From Escherichia phage UE-S1, in sequence record ON568341.1: a DNA stretch of 64,000 nt. The stretch is one strand, 5' to 3'. Each line of letters begins with the position of its first letter. The stretch's first letter is position 1. The notes beneath the pieces were generated by a model. That model saw only the letters and a program-made list of their open reading frames with translations. It did not search any database and was not told the origin of the DNA. Positions 1 to 10,348 of this stretch are shown one piece after another. The position numbers and the translations under genes are program-made.

Positions 1-180
1 GTAATTAACACTGAAGAAGAGTTCTTCCAGTACAGTACTGTGTACCCAGAGAGGATTGTTTTCAGTTCAGTGATTTACACTACCCTTAAAAATGAACTAA
101 ATTCCGATAGTGATCATTTCTACTTGGACCTGAATAATATCGATTGTATTATTGAGTACATGGAGAAAAATGGTTTATGA
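1..180 (+). CDS. family-1 paralog, C-terminal fragment (5' end cut by window edge)
   Basis: Frame 1 open from nt 1 to TGA at 178-180; translation ...TEEEFFQYSTVYPE... carries the family-1 motif. Confidence 0.55.
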   Translation, partial: VINTEEEFFQYSTVYPERIVFSSVIYTTLKNELNSDSDHFYLDLNNIDCIIEYMEKNGL

Positions 181-680
181 TTACTACAGAATATGATTAC
201 AATAGTGTCCTTGAATTTGCAGAAAATATATATCGTATTGCAAAGGAGTTCAGAAGTCCTGAGCCGTTTGGTGGTATGTTCGAATACGATGAGTTTAGTT
301 CATCAAAAGGAAGACTTGCATTTACTAATGGTAGAGGTAATCAAATCTACACAGAGTACTTTGATGACAATGACTTTCATCACAAAGCCGAATACATTTC
401 ATATTGCCCTGGGTCTGATTTGAAGATTCATATTGAAAGAGATATAGAAAATGTATTTGTTCCATATACTGATTTAGTCTTCATGTCAGAGGAAATGTAC
501 TTTCAGGAATCATTGATTCATGATACAAAAGTACTTAATACTATATTATTATATGGTACACTACTTAATCATTACAAATACAATCAAAGATTCTTTTTAG
601 ATTTAGTAGTATACCATCAATGTGTGGATTATTTGAATGCAAAATCAGACAACAATTCAGTACATGACCGATGGTTCTGA
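177..680 (+). CDS. family-1 paralog (EExxFQxS-motif protein)
   Basis: 167 aa ORF; ATG overlaps upstream stop (ATGA); C-terminal SEEMYFQESLI motif. Confidence 0.7.
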   Translation: MITTEYDYNSVLEFAENIYRIAKEFRSPEPFGGMFEYDEFSSSKGRLAFTNGRGNQIYTEYFDDNDFHHKAEYISYCPGSDLKIHIERDIENVFVPYTDLVFMSEEMYFQESLIHDTKVLNTILLYGTLLNHYKYNQRFFLDLVVYHQCVDYLNAKSDNNSVHDRWF

Positions 681-999
681 ATACTTTGTTTCAAGATATG
701 TAATAAATCACAACCATTATGTAACCTATATTCCAGAGTACAATCAATTTTATATCCAGATTTATCAACATAATGGAAAGAGAAATGATATATATTCAGA
801 AATAAAAATCCCTGATTATAGTTCTTTATCAGAAGAGGAATTGTTTCAGGAGAGCACTATCAGTACTGAAGATGTGTACGAAATAATGGAGTACCAGAAG
901 GTACTTAAACATTTTCATGAAACAAATGATATACAAATAGATATTGTTAAACCGTGGTGTTACAATACATATGAGGTAAATTATGTTAGAAATGATTAA
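664..999 (+). CDS. family-1 paralog (short member)
   Basis: Track ORF 637..999; in-frame ATG at 664 overlaps upstream stop; SEEELFQESTI motif. Confidence 0.6.
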   Translation: MTDGSEYFVSRYVINHNHYVTYIPEYNQFYIQIYQHNGKRNDIYSEIKIPDYSSLSEEELFQESTISTEDVYEIMEYQKVLKHFHETNDIQIDIVKPWCYNTYEVNYVRND

Positions 1000-1396
1000 A
1001 ATTATGCAACGCTGTCTTATTGACAAATACGGGATATATGGATATCGTTTAAGTGCTCCTATTGACAAAAATAAAACAACCTATGTAAGCTATAATGCTG
1101 TACAAGGGTTTGATATATTCATTAGTACTAATTATCAAATCAAACAAGCTAAAGATGTGTCTATAATGACCCCTGATGAGTTATTTCAGTACAGCTTAGT
1201 TCTTCCTACATGTATCGATTTACAACGTCTAGGAGCGATACAGAAGGTTTTACGCGAACATAAAATACAACCCAATAAAGTTACACACATTCCAGAAACA
1301 ATCTTCAAAACAATAGAAGTAGAAACCCCTGATTATATGTTAAGTGATGATGAATTCTACGAGAAGCACTTCCCTGGTAAAGTTTGGAGAGACTAA
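983..1396 (+). CDS. family-1 paralog
   Basis: 137 aa ORF; TPDELFQYSLV motif. Confidence 0.65.
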   Translation: MLEMIKIMQRCLIDKYGIYGYRLSAPIDKNKTTYVSYNAVQGFDIFISTNYQIKQAKDVSIMTPDELFQYSLVLPTCIDLQRLGAIQKVLREHKIQPNKVTHIPETIFKTIEVETPDYMLSDDEFYEKHFPGKVWRD

Positions 1397-1878
1397 TGAA
1401 CCGAAAGTACAGAGAAACTATGAAGTTCGCTAAGGAGTGTTTAGAGACATTTGATTTCATTTTCGATAACAACGAATCACTAGGTCATTACTTCGTAATT
1501 ACAAAGGAAGAAGATAATAGATACAAGTGTCAAAGATTAGGATACAGTATTGAGTTATCCTTAATGAGTGATGGTTTGATAAACTCCGTCTATGAATCTG
1601 GTAAGACAGATTACATTTCATTTAGATCATGGAGTGATAATATAATGTTCTTGAGTCCTAATGGAAGTAAATATCCATTCATTAATGATTTATCAGAAGA
1701 AAGTTACTTTCAAAACAGTTTAATTTATACAGAAAAAGAACTCAAAATGTTATTCATAATGTCGTACTTTAAAAAGTACTGTAAATTTAAATCATTATCT
1801 TTTGAGATTTCTGCGATGAAAGTATTCATTAAAAATGTAAAAGAATTAAAGAGGGCTTTTAATGTACATAGAAAATGA
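1384..1878 (+). CDS. family-1 paralog
   Basis: 164 aa ORF; SEESYFQNSLI motif; start overlaps upstream stop. Confidence 0.7.
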   Translation: MERLMNRKYRETMKFAKECLETFDFIFDNNESLGHYFVITKEEDNRYKCQRLGYSIELSLMSDGLINSVYESGKTDYISFRSWSDNIMFLSPNGSKYPFINDLSEESYFQNSLIYTEKELKMLFIMSYFKKYCKFKSLSFEISAMKVFIKNVKELKRAFNVHRK

Positions 1879-2404
1879 GAATGTAAAATGCATCACTGAC
1901 ATTTGTATAAAATTAATGAAAATTTTCATTAACCCAAAATACAAGACTCGTTCTTTACGTCATAATATTGATGAGCATTGTACCATTAATATCCTAGGTA
2001 GTATTCTTGATGTAAAATATGATGGTAAACTGTTATTCGGTATAAGAGAAGAGAAAATGGATGATGCATTCTTTTCTTGTAAAGATAAATTTGAACCTTC
2101 TGATTATAAAGTAATTATTCGTGATGATAGCATCTATATTAGTAGTGATTATTCAAATTACTTCGATAAAATATACACTGAAAACGTTGATTACCATTAT
2201 GAAATGCTAGATTTACCAGTAACAGACATTGATATGGAGAGAATCAAATTTTCATTATCAGATAATGAGTACTTAGGTATACAAACATATTATTCACTAC
2301 AAGGAAAGATTCCACCTGCTATGTATATAAGGATTGAGATTGGTAATGTATTCAATGATAAGGTTATATCAATTGCTGATAAAATATTGAGGGTTGAATT
2401 ATGA
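1862..2404 (+). CDS. family-1 paralog (divergent, motif degenerate)
   Basis: 180 aa ORF in the same tandem array and size class; motif position reads SDNEYLGIQTY. Confidence 0.6.
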   Translation: MYIENENVKCITDICIKLMKIFINPKYKTRSLRHNIDEHCTINILGSILDVKYDGKLLFGIREEKMDDAFFSCKDKFEPSDYKVIIRDDSIYISSDYSNYFDKIYTENVDYHYEMLDLPVTDIDMERIKFSLSDNEYLGIQTYYSLQGKIPPAMYIRIEIGNVFNDKVISIADKILRVEL

Positions 2405-2964
2405 ATGGCCATGATTACCAATTCCATAGACTAGAATTTAGACACTGTGTTGCATATGCAAAAACATTAATGTGCATCATTGACACTCTTTCATCCGAAC
2501 AATTTCGTAAGGATAATGATTTATTGCTGAAAAAAGGTCGTATAACATCATCCGATATCGGTATTGAACTATTTGTTGAAATCAGTGTTGATACCGGAGA
2601 CAGTACAAGGGCTGGTTGTATAGGTCATATTGGTACACATTGTTTCACATGGAATCCAAATACAAGTCAAGTTAGAATTGATTATAGAAATTCACGTTGG
2701 GTTGATCTTAGTACTGAATCAGATTTAGAATCAGTTATGTTCCAGCTAAGTTTAATTCACGATCCTAATGAACTTCTTTATATTATTACTTTCAGTTATC
2801 TGTTACAAAACTACGATAGTCCATCAGGGTTTTTCATAGAATCAGATATAGATGAAATTATGGAAGAGATTCCTAGTTTAAAGAATATTCTGGAAAAAAA
2901 AGATTTCTATAATGACTTCAGAGATTTATACGACATGCACTTGGAGTTATTTAAGAATGGATAA
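2401..2964 (+). CDS. family-1 paralog
   Basis: 187 aa ORF; ATGA overlap with upstream; LESVMFQLSLI motif. Confidence 0.7.
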   Translation: MNGHDYQFHRLEFRHCVAYAKTLMCIIDTLSSEQFRKDNDLLLKKGRITSSDIGIELFVEISVDTGDSTRAGCIGHIGTHCFTWNPNTSQVRIDYRNSRWVDLSTESDLESVMFQLSLIHDPNELLYIITFSYLLQNYDSPSGFFIESDIDEIMEEIPSLKNILEKKDFYNDFRDLYDMHLELFKNG

Positions 2965-3475
2965 AGATGATATTCTAATTAGACTAGTTCAAAGTTTGAT
3001 AAAGTTCGCAAATAATGATATCAATACATACAAAGTAGGTGATATTGAATTCAAATCATTTGGTATGTACGGTGATGACGAAACATATTATGCTTCAATG
3101 AAATTTCAAGAATTTCACGAGATGTTAATATCGTTATCATACGAAGATGTTGACCCAAGATGGAGTTCCAGTATTTCACTATCGAGAATGGTAATTCGTA
3201 GTAAGCATCGTTACATTTCGTCAAAGAATACTCCTAACTTGATTAATATTGTGTTGAATGAAAATACAAACCCCCTATCTAAATATGATATCGTACCTTT
3301 AACCGATGAAGCAATTTTTCAATTGAGTACCATTTGTGATGAAGATGTGATATCATGTATGAAAATTTATGAGAAAGTTGGGGGTGATATTCCCATGAAC
3401 TATTACCTAACTATAGATGAAACGTATCTCCAAGATGATGTTCTGGCGTACATTGACAGTGTTTTACCAAAATAA
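2957..3475 (+). CDS. family-1 paralog
   Basis: Track ORF 2912..3475; likely start ATGGATAA at 2957 overlapping upstream stop; TDEAIFQLSTI motif. Confidence 0.65.
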   Translation: MDKDDILIRLVQSLIKFANNDINTYKVGDIEFKSFGMYGDDETYYASMKFQEFHEMLISLSYEDVDPRWSSSISLSRMVIRSKHRYISSKNTPNLINIVLNENTNPLSKYDIVPLTDEAIFQLSTICDEDVISCMKIYEKVGGDIPMNYYLTIDETYLQDDVLAYIDSVLPK

Positions 3476-3497
3476 AGACCCGTTATGGGTCTTTTTG
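3475..3497 (+). terminator. rho-independent terminator candidate
   Basis: Hairpin AGACCCGTTATGGGTCT followed by T-rich run directly after the stop codon. Confidence 0.55.
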
Positions 3498-3551
3498 TGT
3501 TTATGGCTTTACAAGAGCATTCAGGTGTGTTATACTTGATTTCAAATAGAG

Positions 3552-4130
3552 TTGGAGGAATCTATGAGTACTGAATTAATTAAAGAAGTTACCTTACTTC
3601 TGAAGCATTGTTTTAAGTTCATTCCTGATACTGGTTCACGCCAGTACATTAAAGTTAATGAGAAATATAACATCAATATCCTTGTATCTGAAACTGCGAG
3701 CAGCTATGCTAACATTGAGTTGGATTCTGAAGAAAAATATACAGTATTACAAATCATAGCAGATGTACAACGTAAACAAGATTATCGTTCTTCATTTGAC
3801 AACGATTATCTGTGTGTTTGCTCAAACTTCAGTGAGAATAAAATTGTGTATAAGAATTTATACACACATGAAGTGATTGATACATATAATTATAAAATTT
3901 CATCTGATGAATACAATGTGCTAATGTTCAACGCAAACCTTTTGTATGATGCCAGTACTGTACGCTGTTTAGAGTTAGCATATAAAATTCCAAAGATCAT
4001 GGAAAGAAAAGATTTGATTCACTTTAAAACTATTTTAAAATACAGTACAAAAGAATTAGAAGATTTAGTACAGGCTCTTAAGAATTTCATTAATGAACAT
4101 GTACCTGTTAAATTCGAGGATGCACAATGA
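3552..4130 (+). CDS. family-1 paralog (divergent)
   Basis: 192 aa ORF; RBS GGAGG upstream; same size class; degenerate motif EYNVLMFNANLL. Confidence 0.6.
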   Translation: MEESMSTELIKEVTLLLKHCFKFIPDTGSRQYIKVNEKYNINILVSETASSYANIELDSEEKYTVLQIIADVQRKQDYRSSFDNDYLCVCSNFSENKIVYKNLYTHEVIDTYNYKISSDEYNVLMFNANLLYDASTVRCLELAYKIPKIMERKDLIHFKTILKYSTKELEDLVQALKNFINEHVPVKFEDAQ

Positions 4131-4711
4131 ACCATATCAGAACTAAAATTTTGAGACTCATGCATGACATTTCAGAACTTTCAGAGATTCATGACATTAC
4201 AGAAATTGTTGAATTTGATGATTATCGACTGAAAATTGAAAACAAATCCAAACATCGTTTTGGTTCAGTTCAGTTGGATGTATATAAAACTTATGAATTT
4301 TCTAAAAAAATTAAAAGTTCATGGGATACGATTACTATGTACATTCGCACATCCAGAAATCGTGAACGTATTGGTTCTATTTCTTCTAATATGATATTTG
4401 CGAATGCATTACATGAAAAAATGAATAAAATTGTAGAATCTGATTTCAGTAAAGATGATGGTTTTATTGGTTTGGATGTTCCACCAGAATTAGATCAAAG
4501 TGAAGATATTCGAGATGCATTCATTTTCCAGAAATCATTGTTGGACAATTACAAAGAATTCGAGTACTTAATGCTTTGTTACGATACTGCAAAAATTCTT
4601 GATTGTGGTGAACTAGTTATGTACAATGATTTTATCAATTGCAAGACTGATGTTCTGAATACACTACTTCAAAATATAGAATCTGTTAAGGAAAAATATG
4701 AACGCTTATAG
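4127..4711 (+). CDS. family-1 paralog
   Basis: 194 aa; ATGA overlap; DAFIFQKSLL motif. Confidence 0.7.
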   Translation: MNHIRTKILRLMHDISELSEIHDITEIVEFDDYRLKIENKSKHRFGSVQLDVYKTYEFSKKIKSSWDTITMYIRTSRNRERIGSISSNMIFANALHEKMNKIVESDFSKDDGFIGLDVPPELDQSEDIRDAFIFQKSLLDNYKEFEYLMLCYDTAKILDCGELVMYNDFINCKTDVLNTLLQNIESVKEKYERL

Positions 4712-5276
4712 TTATATGACAGAACGTCATCAGATATTATATGATATCAGTGCTAAAATGTTATCAATTGTTAGTAGTACAAAAGAAATTGAAAAACAAT
4801 ACCTCATCCGTGATGTAGCAATTTCATCTAAATGTTGGTCCAATGAATATTACGATCACGGTATTCTTACTATTTCTGGGGCTAGAAATATTTGTATTGT
4901 AAAAAATAAGAAAAAATGCAATGAAGAGTGTGAAATTAGTTCTGATATCCAAATAAAGGATGATGGAAGCTTTTCTCATCATCCATTCCATATTAGTACT
5001 ATTGGTGTTTTATATAATATTAAAGTACTATTCGGTGATGAAGAGTATGTGTTAAAAGCTATCAATCCAGAATCAAGTACAGTTGAAGAAGAACTGTTCC
5101 AGATGAGCACGGTTATACCTGAAGAGGTTCTTAGTACTGTTATTTTTTGTAGTTTAATTTATCATGAATACAAAAAGAACCAGTTCGATTTCCACATGTT
5201 AGGAACGTACATCTTCAATAATTTGAGCGTAGATCGTTTAAAAGCATTAAATTCAGCGATGGATAAGGTTCTATAA
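4698..5276 (+). CDS. family-1 paralog
   Basis: 192 aa; VEEELFQMSTV motif. Confidence 0.7.
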   Translation: MNAYSYMTERHQILYDISAKMLSIVSSTKEIEKQYLIRDVAISSKCWSNEYYDHGILTISGARNICIVKNKKKCNEECEISSDIQIKDDGSFSHHPFHISTIGVLYNIKVLFGDEEYVLKAINPESSTVEEELFQMSTVIPEEVLSTVIFCSLIYHEYKKNQFDFHMLGTYIFNNLSVDRLKALNSAMDKVL

Positions 5277-5704
5277 TGACAAGAGATGATTGTTTGTACA
5301 TATGGGATGTAGTTGAAAATACACTTTCAAATCCAGAAAATTATAAAACACAAAAAAGACAGCGACACAAAACATGGATAGATTTGTTCGTTGAGGACAT
5401 ACATGCAGTGACTATTTGGGATTCACCGAGGGCATCAGCATCTACTCTATTGGACAATGAATGCATTGATTGCATTAATTCCACTTTTCATCTACACGGT
5501 TCTACAATTTTTGGTACATTTCTGGATATTGAAAATAAAGATGATATTGATTCACTTGCGTTACAATATCAAGTACTGTATAATACTAAATTAATTTACG
5601 ATTTAGTACTAGCTTCTTATGTGTATAAATTAATGATGAAATATAATCACATTTCTGTATCAGTTTATACCAAGGATATTCTTTCATTAAGAGACAAAAC
5701 ATGA
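5276..5704 (+). CDS. family-1 paralog (divergent)
   Basis: 142 aa ORF in array; degenerate motif LALQYQVLYN. Confidence 0.55.
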   Translation: MTRDDCLYIWDVVENTLSNPENYKTQKRQRHKTWIDLFVEDIHAVTIWDSPRASASTLLDNECIDCINSTFHLHGSTIFGTFLDIENKDDIDSLALQYQVLYNTKLIYDLVLASYVYKLMMKYNHISVSVYTKDILSLRDKT

Positions 5705-6210
5705 GTTTATTAAATGCACGAGAATTAGTTGAGATGTATGAGATCTTATCTTCATATAAAAATTCCCCAAAAGATGTAATTCTCAACAAAAAGTTCCATG
5801 TCAATGTTGATCATATGAAAAATATAGATATGATTTCTTTAGTGGAAAGTAGTAAATCGGGTCTTGAGCGTGATATCATGCGTTTGATTTATATTACCAA
5901 ACCATCATATACTAATGATAGTTCAATTAGTAATGAGACGTTTTTGTACACTCCTTATACTGATTGTACTTTAGTTTCAGTGTCTAATCAGAAACAAGAT
6001 ACTATCCAATTCATCAATACCAGTACTGATAACATTGAAGAAAATGAATTCCAAAACAATACATTAAGTTCATGTAGTAGTGTTATAACCTTTATGTCAT
6101 ATCTGTGGTCAATAAAATCAAATGCAATTGTATATAGTTCTAATTACACACAAGATAGTATTGTTGAATCATATAAAGCTCTGAAGGAATACTATGAAAA
6201 TAACAAATGA
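5701..6210 (+). CDS. family-1 paralog
   Basis: 169 aa; IEENEFQNNTL motif; ATGA overlap. Confidence 0.65.
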   Translation: MSLLNARELVEMYEILSSYKNSPKDVILNKKFHVNVDHMKNIDMISLVESSKSGLERDIMRLIYITKPSYTNDSSISNETFLYTPYTDCTLVSVSNQKQDTIQFINTSTDNIEENEFQNNTLSSCSSVITFMSYLWSIKSNAIVYSSNYTQDSIVESYKALKEYYENNK

Positions 6211-6775
6211 TTTTTTTAAATGTTTAGTACACCCTATGCTGAGTGTTATGAAAAAATTACAGAATCTACCGGAAGACAACGATTACAAGTTTAATCGTTT
6301 TGATTCAGATGTATTTTGTATTGAAATTGAAATGAATAATAATCGTAATTTGCATTTAAAATTCAAAGAATCGTCAAGTCCGTATTACAACTTTGATATG
6401 AATTTTAAAATAGATACTGACATTGAAGAAAACGTAATATCAAATCATACTAGCAAAAATGGTTTTAAGCATAGAACTACTATGTACAATAATAAAAATA
6501 GTATTATATCTAAATGGTTTCACCAATTCACAAAAATTGGTGAAATTGAATATAGTGATTTTGGTGAAGAGCAATACTTTCAGTTGAGTACAATTCATGA
6601 ACTTCCACCATATGATTATGTTAAAACATGGTTTGATATTCATAATATAATTGATGATGCAATCAAACTTCCATTTGGGGTATCAATATCATATACTGCT
6701 CCTAAAACATTTGTTTTTACTGAAGATATGATTATGAAAAAGATATGGGCAATTATCCCACTTATGATGGATTAA
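6194..6775 (+). CDS. family-1 paralog
   Basis: 193 aa; GEEQYFQLSTI motif. Confidence 0.7.
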   Translation: MKITNDFFKCLVHPMLSVMKKLQNLPEDNDYKFNRFDSDVFCIEIEMNNNRNLHLKFKESSSPYYNFDMNFKIDTDIEENVISNHTSKNGFKHRTTMYNNKNSIISKWFHQFTKIGEIEYSDFGEEQYFQLSTIHELPPYDYVKTWFDIHNIIDDAIKLPFGVSISYTAPKTFVFTEDMIMKKIWAIIPLMMD

Positions 6776-6781
6776 ATTTAT

Positions 6782-6806
6782 ACCAGGGGTTGACTCTGGT
6801 ATTTTT
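6782..6806 (+). terminator. rho-independent terminator candidate
   Basis: Hairpin ACCAGGGGTTGACTCTGGT followed by TTTTT. Confidence 0.45.
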
Positions 6807-6836
6807 GTATGATACATTATCCTAAAGGAGAATTTT

Positions 6837-7388
6837 ATGAACTACAATCATGATCTTTTTACATTATGTGCATCAAAATGTGTTGATGGTTGGGCAGATA
6901 AAATCAATACCATAATTCATCGATATCTCGTCTTTAGTTCCCGTGCACGAAGTGAGGGGGCTATGGATTTCAAATATACACTATCTATTGATGGTGTAAC
7001 TATCCATGCAGACGAAGAACGTCTGAGCATTAATTTGTATGATTCCTGTGTATTTGCTATTCACCAAAAGATGGGGACAGGATGGGGTTGTAATAACATT
7101 AACTCCAAAGCTATCTTTTGGGTTGGTCACCATCAGACAGTACTTGATCCTTCAATTAAATCTAATCTTTTATCCGATAATATGGTTTATGATTTATTGT
7201 ACTCCGAAGAACAACATTTTCAATTAAGTACATTGCATGATCTGGCACAGTACGAGGATTGTTACAAAACATTAGAACTATGCCATTCCCTTGAACTCAA
7301 AGATAAATTGATACAAGTTTACCCTTCATTCTTTCATGAAGAAGTACAATGCACACTAGAACATATTTTATATGGGTACGACAAATGA
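6837..7388 (+). CDS. family-1 paralog
   Basis: 183 aa; RBS AAAGGAG upstream; SEEQHFQLSTL motif. Confidence 0.7.
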   Translation: MNYNHDLFTLCASKCVDGWADKINTIIHRYLVFSSRARSEGAMDFKYTLSIDGVTIHADEERLSINLYDSCVFAIHQKMGTGWGCNNINSKAIFWVGHHQTVLDPSIKSNLLSDNMVYDLLYSEEQHFQLSTLHDLAQYEDCYKTLELCHSLELKDKLIQVYPSFFHEEVQCTLEHILYGYDK

Positions 7389-7987
7389 GAAAAAGTTATC
7401 AAGAAACTATTGACCTAATTAGAGAAGTTATTAAAGTGGCCCCTGGTGCGATAGCATTCAAGAAGTCCCTATATAAAAAGTATGGCTCCATGTCAAATAT
7501 GTGTTGTCAAAAGAAACGTAGTAAATTCACTACGCAGTACTGGCATGATTCTATTATCCTTAGTAATGAACATCAGCGTATTTTAACAATCGAATCAGTA
7601 GATAATCAATATGGTGAAGGAATGATTTGTGTACCTGATTATGATGAAATTAACTTCAACTGCGGTGATTTTGAAACAACATTATTACTTCACGAGGGTT
7701 ATCCAGAAGGTGATGTATTAGCTGAGTACAATCCAAAAACTAAAATTCTCAAAAGAGGAATCCAGTTCACTATTAATAACAAAGATGATGTTGAAGCAGC
7801 ACTAATGCAACTGAGTACAAGTGAACCTATTACTATTAGTGTAGAAGAGTTATGGGGAATTATTTCAGTCCTCAATGAATGCTACAAAGTAAAATCATTG
7901 CGTAATCACACCCTTATATTGCATACTAATATGGCAAATATAAAATGTAAGCACATTCAAGAAATGGCGGTTCCAGATGGACTTTAA
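7385..7987 (+). CDS. family-1 paralog
   Basis: Track ORF 7349..7987; likely ATG at 7385 overlapping upstream stop (ATGA); EAALMQLSTS motif. Confidence 0.65.
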   Translation: MRKSYQETIDLIREVIKVAPGAIAFKKSLYKKYGSMSNMCCQKKRSKFTTQYWHDSIILSNEHQRILTIESVDNQYGEGMICVPDYDEINFNCGDFETTLLLHEGYPEGDVLAEYNPKTKILKRGIQFTINNKDDVEAALMQLSTSEPITISVEELWGIISVLNECYKVKSLRNHTLILHTNMANIKCKHIQEMAVPDGL

Positions 7988-8561
7988 AGAAATTGAAAGT
8001 AAATTAAAGTACTTCAAAGATATCAAACTTCTTTGGGAAAAGTATAAAATTGATTACAAATTCAGTGATGATGAGACAATAAAATCCATTGATATTAATA
8101 TCAAAATCAAGTTCAAGAATAATAATTATGGTGAAGTAAGCTTAAATCATACTGGTGTATCACTCAGGGACTATGATGGTTCAACACTCGCATATTTCGA
8201 CTTCATTCCAGAACCAGGTGAAACACTACTTAGTGAGATAAATTCCTATGATATGGAAATATTCGGCGGGAATCCGTTACTGTTCCGACTGTCTGAAGAG
8301 TGGAGTGAAGAATACTACACTTACAAAGATGGTGTAGTACTTGACATTAATGGAGAAGTTGTGAATGACTTGGAAGAACGTTTGTTCCAAGAATTGTGTG
8401 TTTCAAATACTTCATATGCATACAATCATATCCTTGACATGTTTGATTTATATAGTAAAATAGATGCTGAAATGAATGCACATGGTATTCATTACCTTAC
8501 AATTAACGACTATGCTCAACTCGAAACCGCTGTGAAAGCATTGACTAAAGTACTGAAATAG
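7977..8561 (+). CDS. family-1 paralog
   Basis: 194 aa; LEERLFQELCV motif. Confidence 0.65.
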   Translation: MDFKEIESKLKYFKDIKLLWEKYKIDYKFSDDETIKSIDINIKIKFKNNNYGEVSLNHTGVSLRDYDGSTLAYFDFIPEPGETLLSEINSYDMEIFGGNPLLFRLSEEWSEEYYTYKDGVVLDINGEVVNDLEERLFQELCVSNTSYAYNHILDMFDLYSKIDAEMNAHGIHYLTINDYAQLETAVKALTKVLK

Positions 8562-8570
8562 GAATGAAAT

Positions 8571-8984
8571 ATGAAACTGTATCATGCGAGTACTGTAAAA
8601 ATTGATAACTTTTATATCCCGTATGGTGGTCTTCATATGGGAGGTAAACACAGTGCTTTGGAAGCTGCATTACGCAAGCTGAGAAGCCCACTGAACGTAG
8701 TAGACGCATGTACAGTATACTTGCATACCTTAGAAGTTGATGTTGATAACGTGCTTCTGTGTGAAGATTTAGGCAGTGATGATGAGTGGCGTTCACTTAT
8801 TGAGAATTGCACTGCTCAAGGTTATGATGCTGTTCAGTACAAAAATGATTACGAGCCAGACAATGTTCCTAGCTTTATGATTTGGGATGCATCTAAAGTT
8901 CGCATCATTGAAGTTGATGCTATGCATATGGATGAAGCTGAAATGATTATCGAAGATTTTCTTGATGAATATGAAGGTGTATAA
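8571..8984 (+). CDS. hypothetical protein interrupting the family-1 array
   Basis: 137 aa ORF with RBS; lacks the family motif; N-terminal LYHAS...GLHMGG and acidic C-terminus. Confidence 0.6.
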   Translation: MKLYHASTVKIDNFYIPYGGLHMGGKHSALEAALRKLRSPLNVVDACTVYLHTLEVDVDNVLLCEDLGSDDEWRSLIENCTAQGYDAVQYKNDYEPDNVPSFMIWDASKVRIIEVDAMHMDEAEMIIEDFLDEYEGV

Positions 8985-9520
8985 TGACTGACCCGATGGT
9001 AGCACTGGCACGTACTAAGTTACTATTAAAGATTGGTGAGATTTTTACGGTTCTTCTGTCCAATAATATTGATATTACTGAGCTAGATATTAAGCAACCG
9101 TGGGAAGTGACTATGTTCTCGGCGTTCCACCGATTGTCATATAAAGGTGAAAGTGTTCTTGATTTTAACCCTAAAGCAAAATTCATAGATTATGCTGCGT
9201 TGTACAGAGAGTTGCACCGAAATATTTATTCCGGTTGTATAACCAATAACTTCAAAGAAATTAAAGTTCAAACTGCATCACATGAGTTCAATGATTTACT
9301 CTATCCAGAATTTAATCTAACTGAAGAATTACTTTTTCAGTACTCGTTAATTCTCACAAATCTAGAATCACTCGAGTACTACACAAAGTTAGTAGATATT
9401 TTTATGAATACACGACTTTCAAAAGATATTGTGATATTCTGGTATACAGAGCATGTTACGGAGGAATTGCTTACTGAATTTCTTCTAAATATGACAGCTA
9501 TAAAGGAGAAGTTATGTTAG
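8984..9520 (+). CDS. family-1 paralog
   Basis: 178 aa; TEELLFQYSLI motif; ATGA overlap. Confidence 0.7.
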   Translation: MTDPMVALARTKLLLKIGEIFTVLLSNNIDITELDIKQPWEVTMFSAFHRLSYKGESVLDFNPKAKFIDYAALYRELHRNIYSGCITNNFKEIKVQTASHEFNDLLYPEFNLTEELLFQYSLILTNLESLEYYTKLVDIFMNTRLSKDIVIFWYTEHVTEELLTEFLLNMTAIKEKLC

Positions 9521-9987
9521 ATATTTTAGGAAACATCGATACTGCAAATTATTTTATCCAAGACGCACTGTTTAATACACTACAAAAAGGTTTAGAAGTT
9601 CGTTACAACGTATATCAAGGTGATGGATATTTTGTTGATATTCTAGAAACACGTAAAAATACATTTAATGTTAACATTACGACGTTTGGAAGACAGAACA
9701 TTGCACGAATTTTAGTAAGTAAAGATGAAATAGTACTGAGATACAGTGCTAAGTTTATGTTGACGTACAAGAAAAAAACAGACATGTTCAGTACTAATTT
9801 ATTTGATGAACCATTTGACCTTGTAGATATTGAAGCTACTTTCTTTACTCAAAGTACTATGGTAAAATACACTGATGTTCAATTTTCATCAGACGTTATG
9901 TCTGAAACATTACAAATGATCAAGGTATTATTTTATGCATTTGAGCAATTCAGAGAAGAAAGAAACAAGGTTAACAACCACAGATGA
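9514..9987 (+). CDS. family-1 paralog (divergent)
   Basis: 157 aa; EATFFTQSTMV motif variant. Confidence 0.6.
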   Translation: MLDILGNIDTANYFIQDALFNTLQKGLEVRYNVYQGDGYFVDILETRKNTFNVNITTFGRQNIARILVSKDEIVLRYSAKFMLTYKKKTDMFSTNLFDEPFDLVDIEATFFTQSTMVKYTDVQFSSDVMSETLQMIKVLFYAFEQFREERNKVNNHR

Positions 9988-10348
9988 ACTAATAGAGGCG
10001 ATCACTAAGGAGTCAAAATACCACAAAGGGATTCGTCTATATTTTATAGATCTTGGTTCGATGGAAGGTACATACATTTATGGTTCACAATCATTGTCTT
10101 ATGATGCAATGCCAGATAAACATGTTAAAATCTTTCTAGGTTCAAGTAATAAAACTTTCTTGACAATTAATGATAACAGTGTTATTATGAATTCCCTGGG
10201 TCATGACAAAGTAGAAATTGACCTAAACACATTAGAAGAAATGGATTTTTTTCAATACGAGTGTTTAGGCGTTGACTTACATGGTATCAGTAGTGATATG
10301 ATAAAATCATTAATTAAATATTTCGAAGGTGTTTATAAATGTATCTAA
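9935..10348 (+). CDS. family-1 paralog (short member)
   Basis: 137 aa; LEEMDFFQYECL motif; start uncertain. Confidence 0.55.
   Translation: MHLSNSEKKETRLTTTDELIEAITKESKYHKGIRLYFIDLGSMEGTYIYGSQSLSYDAMPDKHVKIFLGSSNKTFLTINDNSVIMNSLGHDKVEIDLNTLEEMDFFQYECLGVDLHGISSDMIKSLIKYFEGVYKCI

Noticed and set aside
193-423. Nested plus-strand ORF in another frame
   Set aside because: Fully inside the family-1 gene 177-680, which carries the conserved motif; no independent support.
829-1068. Short minus-strand ORFs throughout 0-12 kb (for example 829-1068, 5586-5804, 6440-6643, 8448-9186)
   Set aside because: All lie antisense to plus-strand genes in a tightly packed, translationally coupled array and have no RBS.
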